The notes under the pieces were generated by a model, which made no database searches, was not told the DNA's origin, and saw only the letters and a list, made by a program, of their open reading frames with translations. Of a stretch of DNA of 64,000 nt, positions 1 through 8,683 are shown piece after piece (position 1 is the stretch's first letter; every line of letters begins with the position of its first letter). The position numbers and the translations under genes are program-made. The stretch spans positions 64,001 to 128,000 of IMG/VR virus record IMGVR_UViG_3300033067_002502. One strand, given 5' to 3'. The DNA is from a virus (lineage: Duplodnaviria; Caudoviricetes).

Positions 1-2
1 AC

Positions 3-50
3 GAACTTATAATTAAAGCATTAAATAGATCTAATAATTTGCGAAAATAA
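3..50 (+). CDS. 3' end of an upstream CDS, truncated by the window edge (...ELIIKALNRSNNLRK*)
   Basis: Open frame from position 3 to TAA at 48-50, followed by a non-coding gap; same strand as all other genes. Confidence 0.4.
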   Translation, partial: ELIIKALNRSNNLRK

Positions 51-142
51 TTAGAGGCATTTATGTTTAGTTATCTGTATTAGTGATTATTAGTAAATAG
101 TCGTTTTTGTCTTCAAATTTTAAATTGAAAACTAACTTGGTC

Positions 143-208
143 AAAACTTTCCTAAAATCAAGCAAAACAGCTTGTATTTCTTCGTAAAAGAAGAAATAGG
201 AAAGTTTT
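143..208 (+). promoter_or_regulatory. Three-stem structured element in the phoH leader
   Basis: All Watson-Crick stems: AAAACTTTCC(143-152)/GGAAAGTTTT(199-208) enclosing CAAGC(159-163)/GCTTG(170-174) and TATTTCTTC(175-183)/GAAGAAATA(190-198); followed by a T-rich tract, then the SD. Confidence 0.55.
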
Positions 209-228
209 TTATTTTAACTGGAGTATAT

Positions 229-1032
229 ATGTCAAGAAAAACAAAAGGTAAGAAAGAAGTTAAGGATTTTTCTTTTATAGAACAACACAATCATACAAAA
301 TTACTTGTTACTGTTACTGCTAAAAATGCAGGACAGAAGAAAGCATTAAAAGCTATATCAGAAAACCAGGTAACTTTTTTATATGGAAGTGCTGGTACAG
401 GAAAGAGTCACTGCGCTGTAGGTTGGGGTATTCAAGAAATGCTTAAAGGTCATTATGATAAATTAGTTTTTACAAGACCTTACGTTGAGGCTGGCGAAAA
501 GATGGGATTTTTACCTGGAGGTACTGATGATAAATTTGCTCCATTTGTTATGCCTCTTTATGAAATTGTTGGAGACTATTTAAGTGCTACAGATATTAAA
601 GAAATGATAGAAAAAAAGAAAATTATTATTTATCCATTTGCTTATATGAGAGGAGTAACTTTTAAAAAATCATATGTTGTAGCAGATGAATGTCAAAATT
701 CAACAGTACAACAAATGAGAATGATACTAACTCGCCTTGGTGAAGGATCTAAGCTTGTTTGTACAGGAGATACAGAACAGTCAGATCTTGGTTCTAGAAT
801 GAATGGATTATCAGATGCTATAAATAAATTACAAGGAATAAATGGTCTTGAATTTGTAGAACTTGGTTATGAGTCATGTGTTAGAGAGAAGATTGTTTCT
901 GAAATTGATAAAAGATACAGAGATTCAAATTCTTCTTATCCAAATTTGATAAAAGCAAGAGAAAATATAAATAAAAATAATGGAGAAATTCCAAATATTA
1001 GTCATTCAATTGAAAGCGAGAAGTATGATTGA
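229..1032 (+). CDS. phoH: PhoH family ATPase
   Basis: Walker A GSAGTGKS, TRPYVEAGEKMGFLPG, AYMRGVTF, Walker B VVADECQN, LTRLGEGSKLVCTGDTEQSDL; start moved from 172 to ATG 229, which has SD GGAG at 220-223. Confidence 0.95.
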   Translation: MSRKTKGKKEVKDFSFIEQHNHTKLLVTVTAKNAGQKKALKAISENQVTFLYGSAGTGKSHCAVGWGIQEMLKGHYDKLVFTRPYVEAGEKMGFLPGGTDDKFAPFVMPLYEIVGDYLSATDIKEMIEKKKIIIYPFAYMRGVTFKKSYVVADECQNSTVQQMRMILTRLGEGSKLVCTGDTEQSDLGSRMNGLSDAINKLQGINGLEFVELGYESCVREKIVSEIDKRYRDSNSSYPNLIKARENINKNNGEIPNISHSIESEKYD

Positions 1033-1044
1033 CGATAATAGCAT

Positions 1045-1914
1045 ATGCTCTATGCTAATAATATTACAGATTGGAAAGAAGGTTTAAATCAAATTATTTG
1101 CGGAGATTGCAATGATATTGTTGGTTTATTGCCAAATAAATCAGTTGATGTTTGTATAACCTCTCCTCCATATTGGCAGCAAAGAAATTACGGGTATGAT
1201 GGTCAGATAGGCTTAGAAAAGAGTCTATCTGATTATTTATTGGTAATGGTTGATTTTTTTGATTCAGTAAAAAGAGTTCTTAAGGATGATGGAACTCTTT
1301 GGATTAATATGGGAGATTGTTTTAATGAAAATAGCGGAGGTTATTTTGACAATAAAAAGAACGATGCTCCTAAAATAGGTAAACACAGAATAAAAACAGA
1401 AAAGTATCAAAAAGAAATACCTAGACGATCTCTTTTAATGATTCCTTATCGTTTTGCTATAGATATGATTGATAAAAAAGGATGGTTTTGTAGAAATCAC
1501 ATTATATGGAAAAAGAAAGTAGTTCAACCAACAACAGCAGAAAATAGATTTACAATAGATTATGAACCTATATTTATGTTTTCTAAAAAACAAAGGTATT
1601 TCTTTAATAAGAAAAAAGTAAAATATGTTCATAATGATAATATTTTTAATTCTCCAAGAGAAAGACGCTCTGTTTGGGATTTGAGCTCAGAACATACTGG
1701 AAAAGTAGAACATTCTGCTCCGTATCCAGAAGATCTTGTTGATATTATGATAGACGCAACGTGTCGTCCAAATTCTATAGTTTTAGATCCATTTATGGGG
1801 TCAGGAACGACAGCTTTATCAAGTAAAAAGAAGGGTTTTTCTTTTTTTGGAGGTGATAAGGGTGTAGATATTTGTAATAAAGCTCAATATAGGTTAGATT
1901 CCTTCAAATATTAA
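1045..1914 (+). CDS. DNA amino-methyltransferase, beta class (N6_N4_Mtase), probably m4C; orphan
   Basis: Catalytic TSPPYW near the N-terminus, SAM-binding VLDPFMGSGTT near the C-terminus, HSAPYPEDLV; no cognate endonuclease adjacent. Confidence 0.92.
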   Translation: MLYANNITDWKEGLNQIICGDCNDIVGLLPNKSVDVCITSPPYWQQRNYGYDGQIGLEKSLSDYLLVMVDFFDSVKRVLKDDGTLWINMGDCFNENSGGYFDNKKNDAPKIGKHRIKTEKYQKEIPRRSLLMIPYRFAIDMIDKKGWFCRNHIIWKKKVVQPTTAENRFTIDYEPIFMFSKKQRYFFNKKKVKYVHNDNIFNSPRERRSVWDLSSEHTGKVEHSAPYPEDLVDIMIDATCRPNSIVLDPFMGSGTTALSSKKKGFSFFGGDKGVDICNKAQYRLDSFKY

Positions 1915-1967
1915 AGGGATTTACTACAATTGTTTGAATTGGTAAATGGTTAAGGAGATCAAGTAAT

Positions 1968-4900
1968 ATGAATGTTTTTAGCATAATAAATAAATTAAAA
2001 GATAGTTTTTTGAAAGAAGCAGTATCTTTAAAAAAATACAGACAACCGGATATAACTCAAGACGAAAAAGATAAACCTTTTTCATCTTATGTTCCTCCTG
2101 TAGCAGGAGGAGGTCTTATTCCTCCTAAAAAGCAAAGTCCAGCCACTGGAGGAGATTTGTCTGTTGATAAGTCTCCTATTTCTAATTCTAATATTGGGAA
2201 TAGTCCTGTTGTGCAAAAGAAAGACACTATCGCTAAAACTGTTCCTCAATTTTTGCAAGTATATAAAGTGATGTTTAATAAAGAAGTATCAGATTTTTCT
2301 AGCAGAAATCCAATTACAAATTATCAAATTATTGAAGAAATTTTTAAGCCATTTTTATTAGAACAAAGAGAAAGTCTTGAAAATAATCTAGATCTTCCTA
2401 ATTGGGAAAACAGGCTTGAAGCTCTTAAACTTTTTGAAGAAGTATTTAATAATGAAATAAGAGGACATGTAGAGGGAGAGTCTGTTCCAGAAGATTCTAT
2501 TGATAGAAGACAGTATCCTGATTTATCTGATAAGGAAATGAGAAACCTTATTGAAAGAAATATTAGTTCGTTTGCAGGAGGTATGGGTGGAAGATCTAAG
2601 GCTTTGAAACAAATTGCAACTCTTCCAGAAATTGTTCAAAATGACGCTAATAGTAGGCTTTTTGAAAGAATAAAAACAGAGTATCAAGGAAGTATAAATC
2701 AAAGCGAATTAACAGATCAAGATAGAAAAGATTTAATAAAAATCTTTATGGATAGTTATTTAAATACCGCAAAAGCTAAGAATCCTCAAGAAAAAGCAAA
2801 AATTCAATCTAGATTAATGGCTCTTATGCCTGATATGGAAAAAGATCCTTATCTTATTCCTGAAAAAGATGATTTTGAAAGAAGTACAAGGAAAAAACCA
2901 AAAGTGAGAGGTAGGCGTAGAGATGAAGCGGAGGATATTTTAGATGCTCCTAGAGAAGATTTTGCTAAGTCTTTTCAACTTAAAAAAGAATCAGCAAAGC
3001 CGGTTCCTGTTATAAATCCTTTTGATTTTATTGAAAAAGAATTATTTCAACCAGATTCTTTAAATAAAGAATTATTCTTATCTTTCTTTTTAGAGAAAGG
3101 CAATACAGGTCTTATTCCAGTTGAAGATTATTCAGATCCAAGAGATTCAGCTATTTTAAGAGATCAGTCTGGTACTTATAAATCCGAAGCAATGGGTTTA
3201 GTTCAGCAGCATTCTAAAGAACTTGCAGAAATTCTAAAAGGGATTATGACTAATCCAAACGATCCAAACCATGATAAATTCTTTTCATGGGTTCTTAATG
3301 AAATAAGAAGATTTGGAATAAGAAAAGAAGATCCAAGAAACACAGTTGAAGAATCTAGTGCTGTTGATTCTGATGGAAAGGCAATGGGAGGAACACTAAC
3401 TAGCTCAGATGTTGGTTTTGCTTCAGAATTCCGTCTTCCTCTTTCTAAAAACGTAATATTTGAAGAGGGATTAAAGAATACAGGACCAAAAGTAATTCCT
3501 GGTAAAACAGTTGATTTAGATACTATTGAAAGCTTTAAGCAGAATGCAATGAAATTTATTGGATTTGTTTCAGATATGTTAAAAAACATGGAAGAAGTAT
3601 ACAGTACTTCTGATAATAAAGACTTAAAGAAGGCAATTTTAGAAAGACTTGTTTATTGGGGAAGAGTAAAAAGATCTTGCGAAGATTCCGCTAAAGTGAT
3701 AATTGGAGAAGCAGAGTCTTCTAACAGAACTGGAAAAAATCTAACTGATAGAAGATCTATTCTTATTTTAAATCAAAATTGGGATGACTTTTTCAAGAAG
3801 GAACATTTTATAGAATATGGATGGAATTTAGAAGATTCTCCTGATATTTCTTCAGCAGTAAATCTTGCTATTAGAGATAAACTTCTTCCTATTGATGGAG
3901 GGTTTATACAAGATCCCAACCAAGCATATGAAGAAATGTTTGGAGGAATTGATATTAGCGATAGAGGTGCTGCAAACAAGATATTAAATAGATCAAGAGG
4001 TAAACTCCCTCTTTTGAAAGATCTTATTATAAATCCAGAACTTATACAAAAGTATGATCGAGATACTTTGATATCATTTCTTGACGTTATTGGTATTCCT
4101 CCAGATTCTATTAGTATAGGAGCTTTACTTGCTAAAAATAACAAAGGGTCATTTGAGAATAAAATGAATTATCTTAGTGAATTATCAAGAAAAGGAGTTA
4201 TTCAGAAAAATGATGCAGAAATTGAAAATATGTCTCCTCAAGAAATATCAGATTTATTTGAAACAGTTAGATCTCATTTAGAAATGATTTATTCTACAAA
4301 TGGTGAATTAAAGAAAATGCTAGGAGATTCTAGTATTGTTAATGTTAGTGATCAAGAAGTTTCACGTATTGCTTCTGAAGCAGGCATTTCTAATATTAAT
4401 AATAAGGAAGATTATAGAAAAGCAAATAATGCCGCTAAAATGGCTATTACTGCTCAATTTTATAAAACAAATTTCGGTAAATATTGTGTAGAAAAAATTT
4501 CAAATATTGAAGCTTTTGAAATCTATGTTGAAAAATCTATTAGAGAATCTTGTAATAATCCAGCATTTTTGCAATCTAATGGTTTTTCAGATAAAAATGA
4601 GTTTTTAAATTCAATAGGAGTTGAGCCTTTGAATATTGGAGATTCTGTAAAAGAAATGCCAGAAAGAAGACTTTTTCAAATTGCAAATAAGCACTATAAT
4701 AAGTTATATAAAGCTTATAGAAAAGGATTATTGTCAAAAGGTCTTTTGGATAAAAATAAAGATAAAACAGTTGAAGAAGTTGTTAATAGTATTATAGATT
4801 TACCTGAAATAGAGCCAGCTAGAATGTTAAATCAATTACCTGATGCTTTGTTTTTTGCAGAAGCCCTTGATAGCAAGCCTTCCGAAAAAGAAGCTTCTGT

Positions 4901-5042
4901 AATCTATGAAATTATTCGTAAGATTGCTATGCAAAAGAAAGAAAATCAGTCGCTTCTTTTAAAGCAAAGATTGTCTAGATTTAATGTCGATACACAGGGA
5001 GTGGACGATATTCTTGAAAAAATAAAAAATGGAAGAAGATAA
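1968..5042 (+). CDS. Large hydrophilic, largely helical hypothetical protein (possible internal head protein)
   Basis: 1024-aa ORF, SD AAGGAG upstream; charged composition with a Pro-rich linker; no recognisable catalytic motif. Confidence 0.75.
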   Translation: MNVFSIINKLKDSFLKEAVSLKKYRQPDITQDEKDKPFSSYVPPVAGGGLIPPKKQSPATGGDLSVDKSPISNSNIGNSPVVQKKDTIAKTVPQFLQVYKVMFNKEVSDFSSRNPITNYQIIEEIFKPFLLEQRESLENNLDLPNWENRLEALKLFEEVFNNEIRGHVEGESVPEDSIDRRQYPDLSDKEMRNLIERNISSFAGGMGGRSKALKQIATLPEIVQNDANSRLFERIKTEYQGSINQSELTDQDRKDLIKIFMDSYLNTAKAKNPQEKAKIQSRLMALMPDMEKDPYLIPEKDDFERSTRKKPKVRGRRRDEAEDILDAPREDFAKSFQLKKESAKPVPVINPFDFIEKELFQPDSLNKELFLSFFLEKGNTGLIPVEDYSDPRDSAILRDQSGTYKSEAMGLVQQHSKELAEILKGIMTNPNDPNHDKFFSWVLNEIRRFGIRKEDPRNTVEESSAVDSDGKAMGGTLTSSDVGFASEFRLPLSKNVIFEEGLKNTGPKVIPGKTVDLDTIESFKQNAMKFIGFVSDMLKNMEEVYSTSDNKDLKKAILERLVYWGRVKRSCEDSAKVIIGEAESSNRTGKNLTDRRSILILNQNWDDFFKKEHFIEYGWNLEDSPDISSAVNLAIRDKLLPIDGGFIQDPNQAYEEMFGGIDISDRGAANKILNRSRGKLPLLKDLIINPELIQKYDRDTLISFLDVIGIPPDSISIGALLAKNNKGSFENKMNYLSELSRKGVIQKNDAEIENMSPQEISDLFETVRSHLEMIYSTNGELKKMLGDSSIVNVSDQEVSRIASEAGISNINNKEDYRKANNAAKMAITAQFYKTNFGKYCVEKISNIEAFEIYVEKSIRESCNNPAFLQSNGFSDKNEFLNSIGVEPLNIGDSVKEMPERRLFQIANKHYNKLYKAYRKGLLSKGLLDKNKDKTVEEVVNSIIDLPEIEPARMLNQLPDALFFAEALDSKPSEKEASVIYEIIRKIAMQKKENQSLLLKQRLSRFNVDTQGVDDILEKIKNGRR

Positions 5043-5229
5043 AGACTTATTTAAAATAGATAAAATGGTTGGTGTTTGTGGGTTTTGTAGACATCATCAG
5101 CATAATCCAACTATAGAATTTAATTTTGGAGATTCTAAAGTATACTGGCTATGTCCTTCTTGTAAAAAAATGAATGAAATGGATTTTTCAAAAAATCTTC
5201 CTAAGTCTTACCCTAAAACTAGGAGATAA
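5029..5229 (+). CDS. Small zinc-ribbon protein
   Basis: CGFC...CPSC (two CxxC); overlaps the upstream gene by 14 nt. Confidence 0.75.
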   Translation: MEEDKDLFKIDKMVGVCGFCRHHQHNPTIEFNFGDSKVYWLCPSCKKMNEMDFSKNLPKSYPKTRR

Positions 5230-5231
5230 TA

Positions 5232-5798
5232 GTGTTTGTAGTAAAAAATATAACAAAAAACGAAATTTCGATACCAGATCTTAGGATAAATTTATCTCCA
5301 GGAGATCAGGTTGATTTAGATATGGTTACTTCTCGGTTTTATATAGAACAATCATGGACTCTTAAAGGATTACTTCGCAATCATGGTCTTAAGTGTATAG
5401 TAAAAGATGACGGAAGTGGGGTTTATCAAATAAAAACAGCAGAAAATCCATCTTATAATCCAAATGAAAAAACCTCATCTGACGTAATAGCTGCAGTAAA
5501 AAATCTTGAAGAAAAATTATCTAAACGATTAGATGAAAAAATTGCTTCTCAATCTCAACAACCTCAAATAGATATAAATTTACTTAATCAAGCTTTATCT
5601 GCTTTACAAGGAATAGCTTCACAATCTATTAAGGGTAATGTAGAAAAAACGGATGTAGACAATTCTTTGGTTGTTGATATCCAAAAAAGAACTCTAGATA
5701 GGCTGTCTAACAGTTCTACCTCAAATGTAAAGCATGAAGAGCAAATAACCGATAATAATGTATCTAAAAATATAGAAGAACTAGAAGGCTTGTTGTAA
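5232..5798 (+). CDS. Hypothetical protein: N-terminal beta domain, coiled coil, C-terminal amphipathic helix
   Basis: GTG start with SD AGGAG (5221-5225); VKNLEEKLSKRLDEKI coiled coil; ends NVSKNIEELEGLL. Confidence 0.75.
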   Translation: MFVVKNITKNEISIPDLRINLSPGDQVDLDMVTSRFYIEQSWTLKGLLRNHGLKCIVKDDGSGVYQIKTAENPSYNPNEKTSSDVIAAVKNLEEKLSKRLDEKIASQSQQPQIDINLLNQALSALQGIASQSIKGNVEKTDVDNSLVVDIQKRTLDRLSNSSTSNVKHEEQITDNNVSKNIEELEGLL

Positions 5799-5813
5799 TA
5801 AAAAGGAAATAAT

Positions 5814-6641
5814 ATGGCTAATAGCAGAGCGGTGGCAGTAGCAGTAGCAGTTACAGAGGAAGAGATTAAAGATGTTGAACAACAGTTAAAGGAACTAGCC
5901 AATTGTAGAATATTTATTTGCGGTGATAGGTTTTGGAATTATTCTGTTTTTGATGGCATGATGCTTTCAGATGGACATTTGCAAAAATCTACAAAAAGTA
6001 AAAATGCTAGATTTTCTTTATCTTGTAAATATGAAGAATTTGCAAAAACTTTTCAACGATTAAGTGGTAGTTTTAATTGGACAGAATCACATTGTAGGGA
6101 TATTTATGACAAAAGAACTAATAAAACATATACTTCCTGGAGATTATCTAGTAAAACTGATGAAAGATTTACCATTGAACATAAACGATGGTATCCTGAA
6201 GGCAAAAAGATAGTTCCAAAAGATTTGATTCTTGATAAAACTACTCTTGTTTGGTGGTATTTAGGAGATGGTTCTTTGAATCGCAAGAAGTCTAGGCCCA
6301 ATTATAGAAGAGTTGTTTTTTGTACGCAGGGTTTTACGGTTCAAGATGTTGATTTCCTAAAATTAAAACTTGAAGAATTATTTGGTAATGATTCTATTTA
6401 TATAGAAGAAAATCAAATTATTATTGCCAAACAATCTCTTTGTAGTTTTATTAAATTTATAGGAATAGAAAGTCCAGTTTCTTGTTACCAATATAAGTTT
6501 GATTTTGGACCATATATAAACGAAAATTATTGGAAGAAAAGTTTTGAAGATAGACCTTTGAAGTATATAAATGAATATAGAAAGATGAACAAAGTAAGAG
6601 AGTTGAACTACAAATCAAAAGAGGAGATTAATCATGGCTAA
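5814..6641 (+). mobile_element. Free-standing LAGLIDADG homing endonuclease (two-motif type)
   Basis: Motifs GMMLSDGHL and WWYLGDGSL; WYPEGKKIVP and FCTQGFTVQDVDFL segments typical of phage LAGLIDADG endonucleases. Confidence 0.85.
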
Positions 6642-7692
6642 TTCAAGAGTTCTGGGCGTGGATCTCGGAACAATGTTTTTTCAAGTTGCAGAAATGGATG
6701 GTTCTTTAGTTAAAGTAAAGAATACTCGTAATGCTTTTGTTGAGCTTCCAAAATCAGATGATGTAGAAGAAGCACTTAAAAGTAATAATTGGCAATACAT
6801 AAAAGATGGAGATAATTATTATGTAGTTGGCGATGATTGTATAAAAGTTGCAAATATTTTTCCAGGCAAAGTAGAAGTTCGTAGGCCTATGGCAGATGGA
6901 GTTCTTAATAAAAATGAAGATAAAAAACTTGTTGTCCTTGCTGAACTTGTAAAGGCATCTATAGGAAAAGCTCCTGATGATAAGTCTTGGGTTTGTACTT
7001 GCGTAAGTTCTGAATCAATTGACGGTTCTTCTGATTCTACTTTTCATAAAAACAGAGTAACTGCTTTGTTTACTCGTTTAGGTTGGAAGGTTAAGATAAT
7101 TGAAGAAGCCCATGCTGTTGTATTAAGTGAAAGACCTACTATTATTGAAGAAGATGGTACTGTTATTCCTTATTCTGGAATTGGTATTTCGTTTGGAGCA
7201 GGAAGGGTAAATTGTTTATTAGCTTATAAAGGCTTGCCAGTTATAGGAATGTCTGTTGCTAGATCTGGTGATTGGGTTGATAAGCAAGTATCTGAGCAAA
7301 CAGGAGTTGCTATTTCTCAAGTTATTTCAACTAAGGAACGAAAATTAGACTTTACTAAAATAGATGACGACGATGATGTTCTTTTTGCTTTAAATGCTTA
7401 CTACGATGTTATGATTGAGTATGTTTTTAAACATTTTGGAAATAAATTTCAAGAAGTAAAAAGCCAATTTACTCAACCTCTTGATATTATAGTTGCTGGA
7501 GGAACAAGTATGCCTAAAGGTTTTTGCCAGAAATTAGAGAAAATAGTAAGAGGGTTAGAATTGCCGTTCCAAATTAAAGAAGTAAGACATGCAAAGAATC
7601 CTAGAAATTCAGTAGTAGAAGGTTTGTTGACTCAAGCTCTTATAACACAGAAAAAAGAGGTTTCAGAAGCTTTAGACAAAATACTAACCTAA
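6634..7692 (+). CDS. Actin-superfamily ATPase (MreB/ParM/FtsA fold; volactin-like)
   Basis: Phosphate-1 LGVDLGT, RRPMADGVL, connect-1 EEAHAVVLSE, phosphate-2 GIGISFGAGRVN, ARSGDWVD, adenosine motif IIVAGGTSMPKGF; SD GAGGAG 6621-6626. Confidence 0.9.
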   Translation: MANSRVLGVDLGTMFFQVAEMDGSLVKVKNTRNAFVELPKSDDVEEALKSNNWQYIKDGDNYYVVGDDCIKVANIFPGKVEVRRPMADGVLNKNEDKKLVVLAELVKASIGKAPDDKSWVCTCVSSESIDGSSDSTFHKNRVTALFTRLGWKVKIIEEAHAVVLSERPTIIEEDGTVIPYSGIGISFGAGRVNCLLAYKGLPVIGMSVARSGDWVDKQVSEQTGVAISQVISTKERKLDFTKIDDDDDVLFALNAYYDVMIEYVFKHFGNKFQEVKSQFTQPLDIIVAGGTSMPKGFCQKLEKIVRGLELPFQIKEVRHAKNPRNSVVEGLLTQALITQKKEVSEALDKILT

Positions 7693-7703
7693 CGGAAAGT
7701 TAA

Positions 7704-8432
7704 ATGGCATATGCAACAACAACACAAGTTTATGATATTCTTGCTCAAGCTCTTACAAGCGCAACAAATAGGGTTGTGAACGGTCAGCCAGTTCCTTTAT
7801 GGACATTTGGAAAAAGTAAAGACGGTAATGTTATTTCTGATGATACTGTTCTTCAGTATATAACTTGGGCAGGAGAACAAATAGATGCTTCAATAAGCGA
7901 AATGTATGTTACTCCCTTAAGTGAAAAATCAGATTTAGAACTTGCTCTTTTGTCAGATATTGATACATATAATGACACAGTTCAAGTAGATAAAGCTGTT
8001 GTATTGAATCCAGGAGATACTCTTGTTTTTATTAGCGATTTATCAGAAGAAAGACATACTGTTTCTTCTATAACGAATAATACAGATATAGAATTGCAAG
8101 ATGCACTACTTGGTGTATATCATGTAGAAACTACTAGAATTATAAGAGTAAAGTTTCCATCAACTATTAGTTTAATGTGCGCAAGGTTCGCTGCTGCAAG
8201 TATTTATGACAAATACTTTGCTTCTCAAGCGAATCCAAATATTTCAGATTATGGTAAAACACTTAGAAAGTGGGCTGTATCTGACTTAAATGCAATATTA
8301 AATGGAATTGTCATTCTTCATGGACAAAAAAGAATAGGACATCGCTTCTTCAATCCTACACTAAGAGACAGATATGGATTGCCTCCTTTGGATAAGGATT
8401 TCAATATTAAAATTGAAGGAGGAGATGCATGA
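7704..8432 (+). CDS. Head-tail adaptor/connector (Mu gp36/DUF1320-like) with an inserted beta domain
   Basis: MAYATxxQV start, IxxAxxxIDxxIxxxYxxPL and PxxIxxxCARxAAxxIY helices typical of neck adaptors; located upstream of the tail genes. Confidence 0.65.
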   Translation: MAYATTTQVYDILAQALTSATNRVVNGQPVPLWTFGKSKDGNVISDDTVLQYITWAGEQIDASISEMYVTPLSEKSDLELALLSDIDTYNDTVQVDKAVVLNPGDTLVFISDLSEERHTVSSITNNTDIELQDALLGVYHVETTRIIRVKFPSTISLMCARFAAASIYDKYFASQANPNISDYGKTLRKWAVSDLNAILNGIVILHGQKRIGHRFFNPTLRDRYGLPPLDKDFNIKIEGGDA

Positions 8433-8677
8433 AAAGTCCAGGAAAAGATGGATTTGATCAGATAATTGATTTGATTAGTGAGATTAAAAATTTAGATGGA
8501 AGAAAAATACAAGATGTAACTTTTTCATCAAAGATTGTTATTAGTAAAACTCCAGATGAAGCAAAAAAAAGAAGCGATTATCAACAATTTCTTAGAGACA
8601 ATCTTGCAGAAGAAGAAGAATTGGGTAGTCATGCTAAGAATTTTGTTGAAGATATAGTTAGAAAACATTTGGATTAA
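8429..8677 (+). CDS. Hypothetical protein
   Basis: ATGA overlap with the upstream gene, SD GAAGGAGGAG; 82 aa. Confidence 0.7.
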   Translation: MKSPGKDGFDQIIDLISEIKNLDGRKIQDVTFSSKIVISKTPDEAKKRSDYQQFLRDNLAEEEELGSHAKNFVEDIVRKHLD

Positions 8678-8683
8678 AATAAC

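Noticed and set aside
1045-1914. Restriction-modification system
   Set aside because: No adjacent endonuclease gene; an orphan protective methyltransferase is ordinary in large phages
5828-5853. GTAGCA microrepeat (AVAVAV) as a parC-like centromere or phase-variation tract
   Set aside because: Only about 3 in-frame hexamers within coding sequence; too short, and unit changes would not shift the frame
5814-6641. The LAGLIDADG ORF as an intein or a group I intron in the actin gene
   Set aside because: No Hint-domain blocks or terminal His-Asn; the ORF ends in its own stop; there is no non-coding room for an intron core; the actin has an independent SD and start
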